From Paracoccaceae bacterium (GTDB lineage Bacteria > Pseudomonadota > Alphaproteobacteria > Rhodobacterales > Rhodobacteraceae): 64,000 nucleotides of DNA. The notes below the pieces were generated by a model. That model did not search any database and was not told the DNA's origin. It saw nothing but the letters and a program-made list of their open reading frames with translations. Of the stretch, positions 61,284 to 64,000 are shown in pieces; the first letter of the stretch is position 1, and each line of letters starts with the position of its first letter. The DNA lies in the NCBI GenBank assembly GCA_023383015.1, contig JAHDXW010000013.1, positions 25,281-89,280 on the forward strand, written 5' to 3'. The position numbers and the translations under genes are program-made.

Positions 61284-62852
61284 TCATTGCTCGAACCAGA
61301 CGTTGTACATCCGCGGAATCCGGAACGGCACGTAGCCGCGGACGTTCGACCGCGTGGCCTCCATCTTTCCCCAGTCGCCGATCTTGATGATCGGAAAGCT
61401 CTCGTAGAGGTAGGCCTGAGCCCGCCGGAACGTCTCCTGCCGCGCCTCCACCGTCGGCCCGTTGGCCAACTCGCGGAAAAGCGCGTCGATCTGCGGGTCG
61501 GGGGCAAGAAACAGCGGCTGGGCGCCGGTCATCGTTGCCAGCGTGTCGACGGGGCCGAAATAGGGCGCTGCACCCATCTGCCCGGTGGTCAGGTGCCAGC
61601 CCTCCGGACGGCGGCGCAACTCCAGCACCGTCGGCTGGTCGAACTGGCGGATCACCACGTTGATACCGGCGGCGCGCAACTGCTGCTCGGCCACCACGGC
61701 GGTGCGGATGTTCTGCTGGCTCGCCGTGTCGGTCACCAGGATCACCTCCTCGCCGGCATAGCCGGCCCGGGCGAGAAGCTCGGCGGTGCGCGCAAGGTCG
61801 GAGCGGTTGTAGCGGTCGCGCCCGACCTCGCCGGGATCGTAGGTGCTGCCCCGGTACTGCCAGCGGTGGTTGAGATCAAAGAGGCCCTCGCCGACGATGG
61901 CCATGATCTCCTCCATGTTCAGCGCCGCCTGCACCGCCTCGCGGAAGTCGCGGTTGGCGCCGGGGCCCGCGGCGGTGTTGAAGATCAGCACCGTGAAGGC
62001 CCATGGCATGTTCTCGTGCACGACGATGGCGTCGCTGCCGGCGAGACGGCGGCCCGAGGGAACGCCGATCCGCTCCAGCACATGCACCTCGCCGGCCTCG
62101 AGGGCGGCGACCTGCGCGCCCGGGTCGGGCATGATGCGGAACACCACCTCGTCGAAATGCGGCGCCTTGCGGCCGCCGAAGCCGTCGCTGCCCGCATAGC
62201 GCGTGTCCTCGGCGTAGTCCTCGAAGCGGGCGAGGCGGACATGGCTGTCGGGCACGTACTCCACCAGCCGGTAGGGCCCAGTTCCGACCATGCTAATGCG
62301 CCCGACCTCGGCCGCGGCGTCCTCCTCGGGGATGATCACCACCGGGGCGCGCGGCGAGGCGAACGCCTCCAGGAACATCGGCGTCCTTGCCGACAGCCGC
62401 AGCGTGACCTCGTGATCTCCCGTCACCTCGACGCTTTCCACCGGCGCGAGCAGCGACTTCGTGGCCCCGACCCGGCGGTAGCGCTCGATCGAGGCGCGGA
62501 CGTCGCGGGCCGTCATTTCCTTGCCGTTGTGGAACCGCACGCCCTGACGCAGGGTGAAGACATAGCTCAGCCCGTCGTCCGAGATGGCGACGCCCTCGGC
62601 AAGCTGGGGGATCGGCGCGATCGTCTCGCTGTAGGCGTAGAGGGTCTCGTAGATGTGCATGGTGATGTTGCGCGCCGCCTCGGCGGCGGTCGCCATGCCG
62701 TCGAGCGTCGGCGGGTTCGCCGCCTGGGCAACCACCACCGTGCCGCCGCGCTGCTGGCCCGAGACCGCGCCGGGAAGGGTGCAGGCCAGCAGGGCCGTGG
62801 CGACCGCCGCCACCAGCCTGAGGGGGGTGCGCAGACCGAGGGAGGGGATCAT
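61284..62852 (-). CDS. family-5 ABC substrate-binding protein (canonical order)
   Basis: ATG at 62852 within ORF 61284..62918(-). Signal peptide ends AVSGQQ. Canonical SBP_bac_5 layout. Confidence 0.9.
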   Translation of the reverse strand: MIPSLGLRTPLRLVAAVATALLACTLPGAVSGQQRGGTVVVAQAANPPTLDGMATAAEAARNITMHIYETLYAYSETIAPIPQLAEGVAISDDGLSYVFTLRQGVRFHNGKEMTARDVRASIERYRRVGATKSLLAPVESVEVTGDHEVTLRLSARTPMFLEAFASPRAPVVIIPEEDAAAEVGRISMVGTGPYRLVEYVPDSHVRLARFEDYAEDTRYAGSDGFGGRKAPHFDEVVFRIMPDPGAQVAALEAGEVHVLERIGVPSGRRLAGSDAIVVHENMPWAFTVLIFNTAAGPGANRDFREAVQAALNMEEIMAIVGEGLFDLNHRWQYRGSTYDPGEVGRDRYNRSDLARTAELLARAGYAGEEVILVTDTASQQNIRTAVVAEQQLRAAGINVVIRQFDQPTVLELRRRPEGWHLTTGQMGAAPYFGPVDTLATMTGAQPLFLAPDPQIDALFRELANGPTVEARQETFRRAQAYLYESFPIIKIGDWGKMEATRSNVRGYVPFRIPRMYNVWFEQ

Positions 62853-62907
62853 CGCGCGTCCTTTCCGGTTTGCGTGGGGATGAAGGCGGATGAGCACAGA
62901 CATCCGG

Positions 62908-62927
62908 ATCGTATACAATCATACGAT
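62908..62927. promoter_or_regulatory. perfect inverted repeat ATCGTAT-N6-ATACGAT upstream of the SBP gene at 61284..62852
   Basis: Read directly at 62908..62914 and 62921..62927, in a locally AT-rich patch about 55 nt upstream of the ATG at 62852. Confidence 0.35.
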
Positions 62928-63010
62928 ACGCGCCACCAGGAATCCTGTCAACGGCACCCGAGAATCCCGCGCGGGCGCCGCCCGCCTTCCGCCGCCCCCC
63001 GAGATGCCGA

Positions 63011-63038
63011 CGGGCGGCGGCGTCGCCGCCGCCGCCCG
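63011..63038 (-). terminator. 12-bp-stem hairpin downstream of the partial SBP gene
   Basis: CGGGCGGCGGCG (63011..63022) and CGCCGCCGCCCG (63027..63038) with a 4-nt loop, about 25 nt after the stop at 63063. Confidence 0.4.
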
Positions 63039-63062
63039 CCGCCGCACCCGCCGAGGCGGGCC

Positions 63063-64000
63063 TCAGTTCTCCAGCCAGATGTCATGCACGCGCGGGAAGC
63101 GGAACGGCACATAGCCCTTCACATTCGCCCGCCGCGCCGTCATCAGCCCCGAATCGCCCAGCTTGACGATGCCGAAGATCTCGTAGAGCCGGGTCTGGAT
63201 CTTGCGCATCGCCTCCTGGCGGTCGGCGACCGTCGGGCCCGAGATCAGCTCCTGGTACAGCGCATCGAGCGCGGCGTCGGGCACCACGAAATGCGGCCGG
63301 GCGGGCGAGGTCAGCGTCGCCACCACCCCCACCGGGCCGAGGTAGGGCTCGATGCCCATCTGCAGGGTCCAGCCGTTCCAGCCGGTGTCCTGCAGCCGCA
63401 GGTTCAGCGCCGTCGGCCAGTCGACCATGTTGATGGTGGCGTTGATGCCGACCGCCTTCAGCTGCTCGGCGATCACCACCGCGGCCTTGTTGTGCTGGGG
63501 GATGTTGCTGTCGGTGAGGATGACGAACTCCTCGCCGCCGTAGCCTGCCTCGGCAAGCAGCGCCTTCGCCCGGTCGGCATCGGCGAGGTTGTAGTACTGC
63601 GCCCCGATGTCGCCGGCGTCATAGGTGGTGCCGGGATACTGCCAGCCGTGGTTCAGCTGGAAGATGCCCTCGGAGGCGATCGCCATGATCTCCTCCATGT
63701 TCAGCGCCACCTGCACCGCCTCGCGGAACTTGACATTGTCCGTGGGCGGGACGTTCAGGTTCATGATGAACACCGAGAACGCCCACGGCATGTTCTCTTC
63801 CAGCACGATGTCGGGGTTCGATTCCAGCCGCCGCGCCGCCGGCACCGGGATCTGCTCGAGGATGTGCACCTCCCCGGCCTCCAGCGCGGCCACCTGCGCG
63901 CCCGGCTCGGGGATGATGCGGAAGGTGACGGTGTCGAGGTAGGCGGTCTTGCGCCCGCCGAAGCCGTCCGGGCCCTCCTGGCGGGTGTCCTGGCTGTAGT
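63063..64000 (-). CDS. family-5 ABC substrate-binding protein, tandem paralog (5' end beyond the right edge)
   Basis: ORF 63063..63893(-) continues in frame to 64000 (..YSQDTRQEGPDGFGGRKTAYLDTVTFRIIPEPGAQVAALEAGE..). Collinear with the C-terminal two thirds of the 61284..62852 protein. Confidence 0.85.
   Translation of the reverse strand, partial: YSQDTRQEGPDGFGGRKTAYLDTVTFRIIPEPGAQVAALEAGEVHILEQIPVPAARRLESNPDIVLEENMPWAFSVFIMNLNVPPTDNVKFREAVQVALNMEEIMAIASEGIFQLNHGWQYPGTTYDAGDIGAQYYNLADADRAKALLAEAGYGGEEFVILTDSNIPQHNKAAVVIAEQLKAVGINATINMVDWPTALNLRLQDTGWNGWTLQMGIEPYLGPVGVVATLTSPARPHFVVPDAALDALYQELISGPTVADRQEAMRKIQTRLYEIFGIVKLGDSGLMTARRANVKGYVPFRFPRVHDIWLEN

Noticed and set aside
63813-63825. 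tRNA T-loop-like string GGGGTTCGATTCC
   Set aside because: The flanks do not form a T-stem or acceptor stem (CGGGG is followed by CCAGC, which is not its complement). It lies inside a well-supported SBP coding sequence.

Overview
Very GC-rich (by eye roughly 70% G+C) chromosomal segment that looks alphaproteobacterial (Rhodobacterales-like gene families and gene order). It is densely packed: about 65 protein-coding genes, mostly on the minus strand, in long operons with many 4-nt ATGA/GTGA stop/start overlaps. I saw no rRNA, tRNA, CRISPR array, transposase, integrase or phage gene. Much of the ORF track consists of long antisense or off-frame ORFs that are artefacts of the GC content. Calls were therefore made from recognisable family motifs, and starts were checked against the nucleotide sequence. 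Content, left to right: a TerC-like/TerB/YcjF membrane cluster; mnmD plus two tandem DMT transporters plus an AhpD-like gene; a xanthine dehydrogenase xdhABC operon fused to a BMP-type ABC importer; dnaE; mce; small housekeeping genes; hisS-hisZ-hisG; a secreted S1 protease; nrdJ; serS-rlmJ; tpiA coupled to a P450; a PadR/hydrolase pair; sufT-acetyltransferase-sufA; tgt; a complete Dpp/Opp-type ABC operon with a hydrolase and a GntR regulator; fumarylacetoacetase; an anaerobic sulfatase maturase; chrA; a formylglycine-generating enzyme; and a second peptide-type ABC locus that has no ATPase genes. I did not find an obvious defence- or toxin-type novel system. The most unusual things I can support are: (1) a family-5 substrate-binding protein whose sequence blocks are in circularly permuted order relative to its canonical paralogs in the same window; (2) an ATPase-less ABC locus ending in FGE and chrA, with both aerobic and anaerobic sulfatase maturases present but no sulfatase; (3) two gap-free 85-aa Cys-rich paralogs (DUF6455-like) bracketing an OMP gene and cutA; (4) a TerB / signal-less SBP / orphan ATPase / TerC-like cluster; and (5) several clear palindromic operator candidates in the few AT-rich intergenic islands. 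Family names (DUF numbers, PF/TIGR/COG identifiers) are recalled from memory, not from a search.
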